From Planctomycetota bacterium (GTDB lineage Bacteria > Planctomycetota > B15-G4 > JADJEK01): a DNA stretch of 64,000 nt. This document shows positions 20,359-29,895 of the stretch, piece after piece. The stretch is from the NCBI GenBank assembly GCA_044225365.1, contig JBGAIQ010000021.1:33833-97832 (forward strand). Direction: 5' to 3'. The notes beneath the pieces were generated by a model. That model searched no databases. It had not been told where the DNA came from and saw nothing but the letters and a program-made list of their open reading frames with translations. The translations under genes were made by a program, and so were the position numbers. Every line of letters begins with the position of its first letter. The first letter of the stretch is position 1.

Positions 20359-20599
20359 CTTCTCTGTCCTCCGTCACTTCGACGAACACCACGTCGACCT
20401 TCGACAGGCCCCTTGCGGCGAAGAGGGCTTCGAGCAGGGCGCACTCTTCGTCGCGACTCGCGCTCTCGATGACGACCGGGAGGTCGTTGCCGAAGCGCTC
20501 TCCGAAGGTGAATCGTGGGTCGCGGCGCAGCTCGGCCAGCAGCGGTTCGGCCACGCTGGGGTCGTCCGCGAGGGTCAGGACGAGACTCGAGATCGGCAC
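20333..20599 (-). CDS. napD: NapD-like signal-peptide chaperone
   Basis: 88 aa beginning (M)PISSLVLTL, with LPVVIES. Overlaps the napA start. Confidence 0.75.
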   Translation of the reverse strand: MPISSLVLTLADDPSVAEPLLAELRRDPRFTFGERFGNDLPVVIESASRDEECALLEALFAARGLSKVDVVFVEVTEDREDVACHQDS

Positions 20600-20757
20600 G
20601 GCAACGCCTCCGGGATTTGCTCTGGCAGTTGAAAGCAAACGGTCGGACGGTCGCCGGACACGAAAAAGAGGCATCCGAAGAACATGTTTTCCCCGATCAC
20701 GCGCAATCGTCCCCACACTCGCAGATGCGCACTGGGAAGAATCCAGAGGTTCGAGCG

Positions 20758-21384
20758 ATGAGCACGACTCTTCCAGTCCTTTCGATCGGTGCGATTCTCG
20801 TCGCGACGATCTTCGCTTGGCCGACGTCTTCGAAACCTGCGACCACGTCGAGTGCCGCCCCTGGGCGCGCGAGCACAACGCCGCCGAAGTTCGGAGTGAC
20901 GATCGTGAGCTCGAGCAAGCAACCAACGGTCTTCACCGGGGCCGTCGATCGAAACGGAGCGCCCGTCACGATCGCCTGTGCGACCTGCCACGCGACGAAG
21001 ACGCCGGACGCGACGACGCGGCAATCCTCCGACCTCGATCTCTTCCACCAGGGTCTCGAGTTCGAGCACGGCGGTCTCACCTGCCTCGCCTGCCACGACA
21101 CATCGGACTACGACCGGCTGAAGCTCGCGAGCGGCCGACCCGTTGCTTTCGAAGACCGTCAACAACTGTGCGAACAGTGCCACGGGCTGAAAGCGCGCGA
21201 CTACGCGAACGGAGCACACGGCGGCATGAACGGATACTGGGATCTCACTCGGGGCGCGCGCACGAAGAACGCCTGCACTCATTGCCACGATCCGCACGCG
21301 CCCAAGGTGTCGCCGATGCGCCGCACCTTCTGGACGATCGATCGCTTGCCCGCGAATGTGAAGGAGGAGCGCCATGGTCGATGA
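20758..21384 (+). CDS. Tetraheme c-type cytochrome, exported or membrane-anchored
   Basis: CATCH, CLACH, CEQCH and CTHCH. N-terminal hydrophobic segment. Confidence 0.88.
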   Translation: MSTTLPVLSIGAILVATIFAWPTSSKPATTSSAAPGRASTTPPKFGVTIVSSSKQPTVFTGAVDRNGAPVTIACATCHATKTPDATTRQSSDLDLFHQGLEFEHGGLTCLACHDTSDYDRLKLASGRPVAFEDRQQLCEQCHGLKARDYANGAHGGMNGYWDLTRGARTKNACTHCHDPHAPKVSPMRRTFWTIDRLPANVKEERHGR

Positions 21385-22330
21385 GATCGTGGAGGATCGC
21401 GTCGAGTCCGGAGGCCCCGAAGGCTCGAGCGGTTTCAACCGTCGCGACGCCATGAAGCTCGGTGGGTGCGCGCTCGGTGCGATCGCATTCGCGAAGGCCG
21501 CGCAACCGCTCGCCGAGTTCGGCGGGAAGCTCAGCGTCGACCAGGTGCTCCAGAAGCACTACAAGGAGCTGAACGACGAGGAGAAGAAAGCGGTGATCGC
21601 GCGACTCGAGGCGGAGGCGAAGAAAGCGCACGGCGTCGACGTTTCGATCCACGATCCGCAGCCTCTGCCGGGAGTGAAGTACGGCTACGCCATCAATCTG
21701 TCGGTGTGCAACGGCAGCGGCAAGTGCGTCGAGGCCTGCCACCGCGAGAACAACCACGATCGCGCGAGCCATCAGTCCTACATCCGCGTGTTCGAGATGG
21801 AGCAAGGTTCGTTCGATCTCGATCGCGGAAACGCAAACTACGAAGGCGACGCACTCCCGAAGAAGGACAAGTACTACCTCCCGGTGCAGTGTCAGCAGTG
21901 CGACAACCCGCCCTGCGTGAAGGTCTGCCCGGTCGAAGCGACGTGGAAGGAGCCCGACGGCATCGTCGTCGTCGACTACGACTGGTGCATCGGTTGCCGC
22001 TACTGCGAAGCTGGCTGCCCGTATCACGCGCGCCGCTTCAACTGGAAGGCGCCCGAGGTCCCCGCTGCCGAGATCAATCCGAATCAGGGTTACTTGAGCA
22101 ATCGCATCCGCCCGCAGGGCGTGATGGAGAAGTGCACTTTCTGCCTCCATCGAGTGCGCGAAGGGCGGTTGCCCGCATGTCTCGAAGCGTGCCCGACCGG
22201 AGCGCGCGTGTTCGGCAATCTGCTCGACGAGAAGAGCGAGATCCGTTGGATCCTCGCGAACAAACGCATCTACGTGCTGAAGGAAGAACTCGGTACGCAG
22301 CCGTCGTTCTTCTACTACTTCGAGCATTGA
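21374..22330 (+). CDS. NrfC/DsrO-like Fe-S subunit (4Fe-4S dicluster protein)
   Basis: RRDAMK Tat-like motif, CNGSGKCVEAC, CQQCDNPPCVKVCP, CIGCRYCEAGCPY and KCTFC...PACLEACP. Confidence 0.9.
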   Translation: MVDEIVEDRVESGGPEGSSGFNRRDAMKLGGCALGAIAFAKAAQPLAEFGGKLSVDQVLQKHYKELNDEEKKAVIARLEAEAKKAHGVDVSIHDPQPLPGVKYGYAINLSVCNGSGKCVEACHRENNHDRASHQSYIRVFEMEQGSFDLDRGNANYEGDALPKKDKYYLPVQCQQCDNPPCVKVCPVEATWKEPDGIVVVDYDWCIGCRYCEAGCPYHARRFNWKAPEVPAAEINPNQGYLSNRIRPQGVMEKCTFCLHRVREGRLPACLEACPTGARVFGNLLDEKSEIRWILANKRIYVLKEELGTQPSFFYYFEH

Positions 22331-22343
22331 AAGGGCTTCGCAG

Positions 22344-23606
22344 ATGGAATCGCACGCGACCCTCGATTCGAAGAGCCACTTGCGCAGCTATCCGCGCTTC
22401 CTACTCCATCTCGCGCGCATCGCGACGGACGGAAAGCTCGCGTTCTACGCCTGGATGACATTGCTCACCGCCGTGCTCCTCGTCGGTGTTCACGCCTGGG
22501 CGAATCAAGTGAACGACGGCATGCAGATCACGGGCATGTCCGACCACGTGAGCTGGGGGCTCTACATCGCGAACTTCACGTTCATGGTGGGCGTCGCCGC
22601 CGGCGCGGTGATGATGGTGATCCCCGCGTATCTCTATCACGACGAGGACATGCACGATGTCGTGCTCCTCGGCGAGTTGCTCGCCGTCGCCGCGATCGCG
22701 ATGTGCCTCGGCTTCGTGACGGTCGATCTCGGCCGGCCGGATCGAGTCTGGCACCTGATCCCGGGAATCGGACGCTTCAACTTCCCGATGTCGATGCTGA
22801 CCTGGGACGTGCTCGTGCTCTCGGGTTACCTACTGATCAATCTGCACATCTGCGGCTACCTCCTCTACCAACGATTTCGCGGGCAGAAGCCGAACCCGCG
22901 CTTCTACGTTCCCGTCGTCATGCTTTCGATCGTGTGGGCGGTTTCGATCCACACGGTGACGGCGTTCCTGTACTGCGGACTCGGCGGTCGACCTTTCTGG
23001 AATTCGGCGCTGCTCGCCCCGCGGTTCCTCACGTCGGCGTTCGTTTCGGGACCGGCGTTCATCATCCTGACGATGTTGCTGCTGCGGCGACTCCTCGGCG
23101 TGCCATTGAAGGACGGGCCGGTTTCGACCCTCGTGAAGATCGTTCGAGTCACGACCCTCGTGAATTTGTTGATGGTGGCGTCGGAAATGTTCACGGCGTT
23201 CTACACCGGCGGAACCCACGCCGCGGCGGCGCGCTACCTCTTCTTCGGCGACGAGGGAAAGACGGGTCTCGTGCCCTGGATCTGGACCGCGATCGGGTTC
23301 AACGTGATCGCAGCGGTGCTCTTCCTGATGCCCAATACGCTGCGTCCGAACGGCGAGAACGGCCATTCGTCGCCGCGAGGTCGCCTTGCGCTCGCCTGCA
23401 TCCTTGCCTTCGTCGGTTGCTGGATCGAGAAGGGGATGGGCCTCATCATTCCGGGCTTCGTTCCCTCCACCTTGCATGAGATCGTCGAGTACTCGCCGAC
23501 TCTGGTCGAGTGGAAAGTCAGCGCAGGAATTCTCGCGCTGGGATTGATGTGCTATACGGTCGCACTGAAGGCGGCGATCCCCACGTTCGTATCGAAGCGA
23601 CGGTGA
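22344..23606 (+). CDS. NrfD/PsrC/DsrP-family membrane quinol-interacting subunit
   Basis: WGLYIANFTF, VDLGRPDR, SMLTWD and SIHTVTAFL. About 10 TM segments. Confidence 0.9.
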   Translation: MESHATLDSKSHLRSYPRFLLHLARIATDGKLAFYAWMTLLTAVLLVGVHAWANQVNDGMQITGMSDHVSWGLYIANFTFMVGVAAGAVMMVIPAYLYHDEDMHDVVLLGELLAVAAIAMCLGFVTVDLGRPDRVWHLIPGIGRFNFPMSMLTWDVLVLSGYLLINLHICGYLLYQRFRGQKPNPRFYVPVVMLSIVWAVSIHTVTAFLYCGLGGRPFWNSALLAPRFLTSAFVSGPAFIILTMLLLRRLLGVPLKDGPVSTLVKIVRVTTLVNLLMVASEMFTAFYTGGTHAAAARYLFFGDEGKTGLVPWIWTAIGFNVIAAVLFLMPNTLRPNGENGHSSPRGRLALACILAFVGCWIEKGMGLIIPGFVPSTLHEIVEYSPTLVEWKVSAGILALGLMCYTVALKAAIPTFVSKRR

Positions 23607-23668
23607 GTTGGTCAGGCGGAACCGTCAGCGTGTAGGGACGCTGCCCCCGGGCATACCGCGGAGCACGC

Positions 23669-24154
23669 ATGTACGGCAAGGCAACGGAAACGGCCATCGC
23701 AGCGATGAGTCGGCTTTCGGAAGTATGGGATGGTGGCAAGACGAAACTCTCGGCCGACGACATCGCGAAGACGCGAAGTCTGCAGCGACCGTTCGTTGCG
23801 AAGGTCCTCACGACCCTTTCGCAGCACGGACTCGTGACCGGCGCCCGAGGTCCAGGCGGTGGGTTCACGCTCGCGCGGGAACCGAAGAAGATCCGGCTGT
23901 ACGACGTCTTTCGACTCTTCGAGCGTGAAGACGCGGACAACTCCTGCCCATTCGGCGGGGGCACGTGCGGCGTGGGCGACCCCTGTCCGCTCCATCACAA
24001 GCTCGTGCGAGTGAACGACGCGATCCAGGACGTCCTGCACAACTCGACGTTCGAGGAATTCCGGATCGCGGCGCAAGAGGGCAAGTCCTCGCCGGCGCGC
24101 CGCGGCAGCAAGCCCAAGAAGCGCGAGTCGTTCCGGGCGTCCGAGCCGCGCTGA
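23669..24154 (+). CDS. Rrf2-family transcriptional regulator (three Cys plus His)
   Basis: ARGPGGGFTLA wing motif and CPFGGGTCGVGDPCPLH. Confidence 0.9.
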   Translation: MYGKATETAIAAMSRLSEVWDGGKTKLSADDIAKTRSLQRPFVAKVLTTLSQHGLVTGARGPGGGFTLAREPKKIRLYDVFRLFEREDADNSCPFGGGTCGVGDPCPLHHKLVRVNDAIQDVLHNSTFEEFRIAAQEGKSSPARRGSKPKKRESFRASEPR

Positions 24155-24160
24155 CCCAAG

Positions 24161-25729
24161 TCAGGGTCCGGCGCGATCGATCTCGAGCTGCACGTCCATG
24201 TAGGTGCGATCGTTGATCTCACCGCGGTCGCGCATTTGCAACAGGGCAGCCCGCTCGGCTTCGAGCACCGCCTTCTTGACGTCGTTCGAAACGTCGAGGC
24301 GAAGTCGAGCGCTCTCCCTCGCGTCCTCGTCCCGGTCACGGAGTGCCGTGAGTTCGTCGGCCATCGACGTTCTCAAGTGATGGACCGAGATCGGGCAACT
24401 GACTTCGGAGCAGAATTCGTCGAGGCGAGCGATTCCGGCTTCGAGCGCCGTTTCGCGAGCCCTTCGCTGTTCTGCTTCGCTGCTGGCATCGGCGCGGATT
24501 CGGAGCAGCCGGATGAGCGGGCCCAGTGTGAGTCCTTGTCCGATCAAGGTGACGATGATGACTCCGAGCGTGCACGCGATCACTTCCTCGCGGCCTGGAA
24601 ACGCCGAGCCGTCGGATGTCGTCTCCGGCAGAGCCAGCGCGGCGGCGAGCGAAACCACGCCTCGCACGCCGCACCACGACACGAGGAGCACGTTGCGGAA
24701 CGCCGGATATCCGCCTTCGCGTTCGCGCAGTCCAGGGAAGAGCCAGAGTGGAAGATACGAATTCGGAATGCACCACACGATTCGCGTGACGACGACCGTG
24801 AGGCTCACGGCGAGGCCGGCATGAACGATCGCCCGCGAATCGATGGCTCCGCGCAGGTGCGAGATCAGATAGGGCGTCGCGAGGCCGATGAAGACGAAGC
24901 ACAATCCGTTGAGGACATGGGTGAACAGCTCCCACGCGGCATAGAGCTCCACGCGCGCCTCCGAGCGCACCTGGTGGATCCGCCACGCGACGACGAAACC
25001 CGCGACGACGACGGCGAGCACGCCCGAGACATCCCATTGCTCTGCGGCAAGGAACGCGAAGTACGGTGACAAGAGCGACAGGACGAAGAGCGTAGGCGTG
25101 TCGCACACGAGACGATTGACGGCGGCGAAGAGGAAACCAACGCCGGCACCGATCGCAATCCCGAGCCCCGCGACGCGTAGGAATTCGAGTCCGACGTGGT
25201 CGATCGAGAACGTACCGCTCAAAATCACGGCGACGCCGATCTGTACGCCCACGAGCCCCGTCGCATCGTTGACGAGACTCTCCCCACCGAGGATCGCGGT
25301 CATGCGACGTGGCACACGCAAGCGTTCGATCACGGCGGAGACAGCGACGGTGTCGGTCGGCGACACGATGGCGCCGAGGACGAAGCACACGGGCCAGGGC
25401 AGCGTGGGGAGCATCGCATGCGCAACCACCCCGACGGCGAGGATCGTGATCGCGACGAGGAGGACTGCGAGCATCAGGATCGGTCGCAGCCAGCGTTTGA
25501 AGTCGACCCACGACGTCTTGAACGCGTCCGCGTAGAGCAGCGGTGGCAGGAAGCCGACGAGCACGACGGCGGGGTCGATCCGGAAGTCGCGAGCAAAAGG
25601 GAGGAAGCTGACGACCATCCCGAGGATCGCGAGGAGCACGGGCGACGGAACGCGAATGCGCGGCGCCACGACTTGCACGAACGCGAGAATGAAGAGCGCC
25701 GTGATGGCGAGGGGCAGGAAGGAATGCAC
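24161..25729 (-). CDS. Na+/H+ antiporter, CPA1 family
   Basis: FLPPLLY, GAIVSPTDTVAV, GESLVNDATG and GVRGVVSLAAAL. GTG start at 25729 inferred. Confidence 0.92.
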   Translation of the reverse strand: MHSFLPLAITALFILAFVQVVAPRIRVPSPVLLAILGMVVSFLPFARDFRIDPAVVLVGFLPPLLYADAFKTSWVDFKRWLRPILMLAVLLVAITILAVGVVAHAMLPTLPWPVCFVLGAIVSPTDTVAVSAVIERLRVPRRMTAILGGESLVNDATGLVGVQIGVAVILSGTFSIDHVGLEFLRVAGLGIAIGAGVGFLFAAVNRLVCDTPTLFVLSLLSPYFAFLAAEQWDVSGVLAVVVAGFVVAWRIHQVRSEARVELYAAWELFTHVLNGLCFVFIGLATPYLISHLRGAIDSRAIVHAGLAVSLTVVVTRIVWCIPNSYLPLWLFPGLREREGGYPAFRNVLLVSWCGVRGVVSLAAALALPETTSDGSAFPGREEVIACTLGVIIVTLIGQGLTLGPLIRLLRIRADASSEAEQRRARETALEAGIARLDEFCSEVSCPISVHHLRTSMADELTALRDRDEDARESARLRLDVSNDVKKAVLEAERAALLQMRDRGEINDRTYMDVQLEIDRAGP

Positions 25730-25930
25730 CGAAAGGACCGCCGATTCGAAATGGGGGGCGTGGACGGATTCCGAAGCCGAGAGCGTAGAGTCGAATCCGC
25801 GTTCCGGGCAGCCTTGCGACTCGTTTCGACAATGTAGCCTCGCGCGCGAGATGTCGACGGATTTGGCGAAACGCTGAACCGCGCGTCCGGATCCAGTGAT
25901 TCGAAATCCCATATATCGGAGCAGAGACCC

Positions 25931-27568
25931 ATGGCACGATCCCCGTTCCTCGCGAAACTCCGCCGCATCGCACACGAGGTGCGCGCTGCGAAATCGCTCG
26001 GGATCGAGCACGGCGAATGGGTCGAACGACGCGCGAAGTTCGACGCGATCGCGAACGAGCGCGGACTCACGCGTCGCGACTTCCTGGCCGGGGCGTCGGC
26101 TTCGGCGCTCTTGCTCGGATTGCCCACGAAGGCCTTTGCCGCGAAGAATACTCCGCGCATCGCGATCGTCGGCGGCGGCATCGCGGGCCTGTCGGCCGCG
26201 CTGACCTTGCGCGATTCGGGCTTCGCCGCGACCATCTACGAGTCGCAGACTCGCATCGGCGGGCGCATGTTCAGCCGCATGGATTCCTACTTCGGCGGGC
26301 AGACGATCGAGTGGTGCGGTGAACTCATCGACACCGGTCACGCGACGATTCGCAAGCTCGCGAAGCGCTTTCATCTCGATCTCGTGCACCTGCCGCAGGC
26401 GGAGCCGAAGAAGAGCGAGGACACCAATTACTTCGACGGCGGCTACTACACGCAAGCGCAGGTGACGGCCGACTTCCTCGCGATCGCCGATCTCGTGTTC
26501 GCTGATGTCGACGCCGCGGGTTATCCGACGAAGTTCGACCACAACACCCCCGAAGGGATCGCGCTCGACCAGATGTCCGTCCGCGACTGGATCGACTCCC
26601 GAGTTCCGGGCGGTCACACGTCGCTGTTCGGGCAGTATCTCGATATCGCCTACAACGGCGAATACAGCGCACAAACGACCGATCAGAGCTCACTGAACCT
26701 TCTCTATCTCCTCGGCTTCCAGCCCAAGCCGAACGCGTTGTCGACCTTCGGGGAGTCCGACGAGCGAATGCACATCGACGGCGGCAACGAGCGATTGCCG
26801 AAGAAGATCGCGAAGCACCTCGGCGAGAAGTCGCTGAAGCTCGAACACTCGCTCACCGCGATCTCCCAGCCCGGCGATGGAACGGTCCACCTCACGTTCG
26901 ACACACCGGGTGGGAGCAAGGAGGTGATCGCCGACTTCGCGATCCTGACCTTGCCGTTCGCCGTCTTGCAGCAGCTCGACATGAGTGGCGCGAATTTCGA
27001 GGCGTTGAAGCTTCAGGCCATCAACAGCCTTGGCAAGGGCCGCGGTGGAAAGCTGCAGCTCCAATTCGACTCTCGCGTTTGGAACGCACCGGGTGCGTGG
27101 GGTCCGCACCCTTCGAACGGCGCGACCTACACCGACCTGGGTTACCAATCGACGTGGGACGTGACGCGCGGGCAAAAGGGCAAGAAGGGAATCCTCAACT
27201 TCTTCACCAGCGGAACGGTTGCCGACGCCATGGCGACGACGGTCGGATTCGCCGACGCGTCGACGCCGTCGGTGCTCACCGATGTGAACACGCATCTCCC
27301 GAATCTCGAGATCGTGCTGCCCGGGGTCGCAGCGCAGTTCAACGGGCTCGCCACGTCCTCGCTGCCACATCTCTTCCCGCACTTCAATCTGACGTATTCG
27401 TACTATCGAGTCGGTCAATACACGACGTTCGGAGGAATGGAGAAGAAGACGCAAGGGCGCGTGCTCTTCGCCGGCGAACATACGTCGACGAACTTCCAGG
27501 GATACATGGAAGGCGGCGCCACCGAGGGAGTGCGCGCGGCGAAGGAGCTGCTCTCGAAGCTCAGTTGA
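25931..27568 (+). CDS. Flavin monoamine oxidase-family protein
   Basis: IAIVGGGIAG, E...RIGGR and FAGEHTS...QGYMEGG. Confidence 0.9.
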   Translation: MARSPFLAKLRRIAHEVRAAKSLGIEHGEWVERRAKFDAIANERGLTRRDFLAGASASALLLGLPTKAFAAKNTPRIAIVGGGIAGLSAALTLRDSGFAATIYESQTRIGGRMFSRMDSYFGGQTIEWCGELIDTGHATIRKLAKRFHLDLVHLPQAEPKKSEDTNYFDGGYYTQAQVTADFLAIADLVFADVDAAGYPTKFDHNTPEGIALDQMSVRDWIDSRVPGGHTSLFGQYLDIAYNGEYSAQTTDQSSLNLLYLLGFQPKPNALSTFGESDERMHIDGGNERLPKKIAKHLGEKSLKLEHSLTAISQPGDGTVHLTFDTPGGSKEVIADFAILTLPFAVLQQLDMSGANFEALKLQAINSLGKGRGGKLQLQFDSRVWNAPGAWGPHPSNGATYTDLGYQSTWDVTRGQKGKKGILNFFTSGTVADAMATTVGFADASTPSVLTDVNTHLPNLEIVLPGVAAQFNGLATSSLPHLFPHFNLTYSYYRVGQYTTFGGMEKKTQGRVLFAGEHTSTNFQGYMEGGATEGVRAAKELLSKLS

Positions 27569-27635
27569 TTTGCGAGGATGATGCGCGTTGACTCATGGGC
27601 TGTGCGCGGGAAACTTCGCCGCACCGGAGAGACTC

Positions 27636-29369
27636 ATGAAGAATCGGTCGATCACATGCGTGCTCGTCTTCCTTTGTTCACTCCTCTCGACGGCGGCGCG
27701 TGCAGCCGACGAAAACGGATTCATCGGTGACTGGAAGGGAACGCTCGACGCCGGCGCGCGGAAGATCCCATTCATCTTCCACGTGGGACACGACGGCAAG
27801 GGCGCTCTCGCAGGCTGCCTCGACTCACCGAGCGAGAAGCTGACGAGTCTCGACGTGAGCTCGATCACCGTGAGCGGTGATTCGATCGAACTGAAGCTCG
27901 ACGTCGTGGGCGCCGTCTACGCTGCGAGACTCGCGCCGGACGGCAAATCGCTCGCTGGGAAATGGAGACAGCGCGGAGCGGAGATCGAGCTGAACTGCAC
28001 TGCAGCGCCGCAAGAGATGGCGAAGAGGGTGAAAGGCCAGGAACGGCTCGTCGGAACCTACGAAGGCAAGCTCGAGGTCCAGGGGACGAAGCTGACGGTC
28101 GCCTTCCACATTCGCGAAGACGTCATCGGTCGACTGAGCGCCACGTTCGACTCGATCGATCAGAACGCGAAGGGTGTGCCCGTGGGGGAGGTCGAGTTCG
28201 ACGAGGATGGCGATCTCGTGCTGCGCATGCCCAATCTCGGAGCGGCGTACGACGGGACCTTCGAAGCCGATCGCCGCCGAATCGACGGCAAGTGGAAACA
28301 GGGCTCGCAGTCATTCCCCCTCGAACTCCTTGCGGTGGAGAAGGCGTCGACGTTGAAGCGTCCGCAGACTCCGAAGCCGCCCTTCCCATATCGTGCGATC
28401 GACGTCTCCTACGAGAATCCCGCTGCGAAACTGACCCTTGCCGGCACGCTCACAACGCCCGACTCCAAAGGTCCTTTTCCGGCCGTCCTGCTCATTACGG
28501 GTTCGGGTTCGCAGGACCGTGACGAGACGATCTTCGAACATCGCCCGTTCTTCGTCATCGCCGACGCGCTGACGCGCCGCGGCGTCGCGGTCTTGCGGGT
28601 CGACGATCGCGGCGTGGGCAAGTCGACGGGATCGCCGTTGACGGCGACCTCGCTCGATCTCGCCGGGGACGTCGAGGCGGGAGTCGAGTTCTTGAAGAAG
28701 CGACCCGAGATCGACGCCGCGCGTATCGGACTGGTTGGCCACAGCGAGGGTGGAATCATCGCGCCCATGCTCGCATCCAAGCGCCAGGACATCGCATTCG
28801 TCGTCATGCTCGCGGGCCCGGGCCTCAACGGCGAGAAGATCCTCTACGCGCAATCGGCGCTCCTGATGAAGGCGCAGGGAGCGAGCGACGAGGACGTGGC
28901 GGCGAACCGGAAGATCCAGGAGCAGATGTTCGCAGTGCTGAAGGACTCGAGTCTCGATTCCGCTGCCGTGATCGCGAAGCTGCGATCGATCCTGAGTCCG
29001 ACCGGCACTGCCGATCCTTCCGTCGATGCGCAGATCGCGTCCGTGAACTCTCCCTGGATGCGGTACTTCATCGCCTACGAGCCGCTCCCCGCGCTCGAGC
29101 AGATGCGTTGCCCCGTGCTCGCCTTGTTCGGCGAGAAGGACTTGCAAGTTCCCGCGGTCGAGAATGCAAAGGCGATGGACGAGGTCGTGAAGAAGCGCGG
29201 GGACGGCAGCTTCGTGACGAAGATCGTGCCCGGAGTGAACCACCTGTTTCAGAAGTGCTCGACCGGCGGAATCGACGAATACGCGAAGATCGAGCAGACG
29301 ATGGACGAAGGCGCGCTCGCGATGCTCGTCGACTACGTGGTCTCGCAGGCGAAGCCCGCGGCGAAGTGA
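27636..29369 (+). CDS. Secreted alpha/beta serine hydrolase with two N-terminal beta-repeat domains
   Basis: Signal peptide, two repeats ending GKW(R/K)Q, GSGSQDRDE, GHSEGG nucleophile, GEKDLQV and GVNHLFQ. Confidence 0.9.
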   Translation: MKNRSITCVLVFLCSLLSTAARAADENGFIGDWKGTLDAGARKIPFIFHVGHDGKGALAGCLDSPSEKLTSLDVSSITVSGDSIELKLDVVGAVYAARLAPDGKSLAGKWRQRGAEIELNCTAAPQEMAKRVKGQERLVGTYEGKLEVQGTKLTVAFHIREDVIGRLSATFDSIDQNAKGVPVGEVEFDEDGDLVLRMPNLGAAYDGTFEADRRRIDGKWKQGSQSFPLELLAVEKASTLKRPQTPKPPFPYRAIDVSYENPAAKLTLAGTLTTPDSKGPFPAVLLITGSGSQDRDETIFEHRPFFVIADALTRRGVAVLRVDDRGVGKSTGSPLTATSLDLAGDVEAGVEFLKKRPEIDAARIGLVGHSEGGIIAPMLASKRQDIAFVVMLAGPGLNGEKILYAQSALLMKAQGASDEDVAANRKIQEQMFAVLKDSSLDSAAVIAKLRSILSPTGTADPSVDAQIASVNSPWMRYFIAYEPLPALEQMRCPVLALFGEKDLQVPAVENAKAMDEVVKKRGDGSFVTKIVPGVNHLFQKCSTGGIDEYAKIEQTMDEGALAMLVDYVVSQAKPAAK

Positions 29370-29383
29370 CTCCGATCGAGTGA

Positions 29384-29422
29384 ATCGTTCGTTTTGACGA
29401 ACGATCGTTCGGGTCGCACCAT
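29384..29422 (+). promoter_or_regulatory. Sigma70-like promoter overlapped by a palindromic operator (probably MarR autoregulation)
   Basis: TTGACG-17 bp-CACCAT, with the ATG 8 nt downstream. Inverted repeat atcgttcgt-N4-acgaacgat at 29384-29405. Confidence 0.6.
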
Positions 29423-29430
29423 GTGCGGCC

Positions 29431-29895
29431 ATGAACGACCTCGATGCCGCCGTTTCCTCGATCCAGCGCAGTTACCCCCGCGTCTACCACGCTTGCCACG
29501 TCGATCACGTGCGAAGGCGATCGACGCGCCACCGCCTCTCGGCGCATGATTCCGCGTTGCTCTCGCATCTCGACCCCGACGTCGCCCTGACGCCCTCCGA
29601 TCTCGCGCGGCACTTCGGCGTCGCCAAGTCGACGCTCACCGCCGCGATCCAACGGCTCGAGAAGCTCGGGTACCTCACGCGCATGGTGAATGCGAAAGAT
29701 CGAAGGCGAATCGAACTACGCCTCGCGCCGCTCGGCGAAGAGGCGATGGAGGAGACGTCCGTGCTCGACGTGAAGCGCCTTCAGAAGGTGCTGCTCACCA
29801 TGGGTACGAAGGAACGCAACGCTGCCGTGAGCGGGCTCGCACTCCTTGCGCGGGCCTGTCGCGACTTTCGGGATTCGAAGAGGAGAAACCCATGA
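29431..29895 (+). CDS. MarR-family regulator
   Basis: wHTH LTPSDLARHFGVAKSTLTAAIQRLEKLGYL and DRR wing motif. Confidence 0.9.
   Translation: MNDLDAAVSSIQRSYPRVYHACHVDHVRRRSTRHRLSAHDSALLSHLDPDVALTPSDLARHFGVAKSTLTAAIQRLEKLGYLTRMVNAKDRRRIELRLAPLGEEAMEETSVLDVKRLQKVLLTMGTKERNAAVSGLALLARACRDFRDSKRRNP

Noticed and set aside
20621-20640. Sigma54-like tggcagttgaaagca in the nap intergenic region
   Set aside because: GG-to-GC spacing is 9 rather than the required 10.
20654-20700. FNR/Crp or Rrf2 box in the nap divergent promoter
   Set aside because: Only weak, short symmetry (cgga...tccg). Not enough to call a site.
20758-23606. Calling the module nrfABCD, dsrJOP or alternative complex III
   Set aside because: No NrfA (CxxCK), DsrMK or ActB/D/E/F genes are present, so only family-level names are supported.
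24161-26674. 837-aa version of the Na+/H+ antiporter
   Set aside because: The N-terminal 315 aa are antisense to the amine oxidase gene and its upstream gap. The hydrophobic CPA1 sequence starts near 25729.
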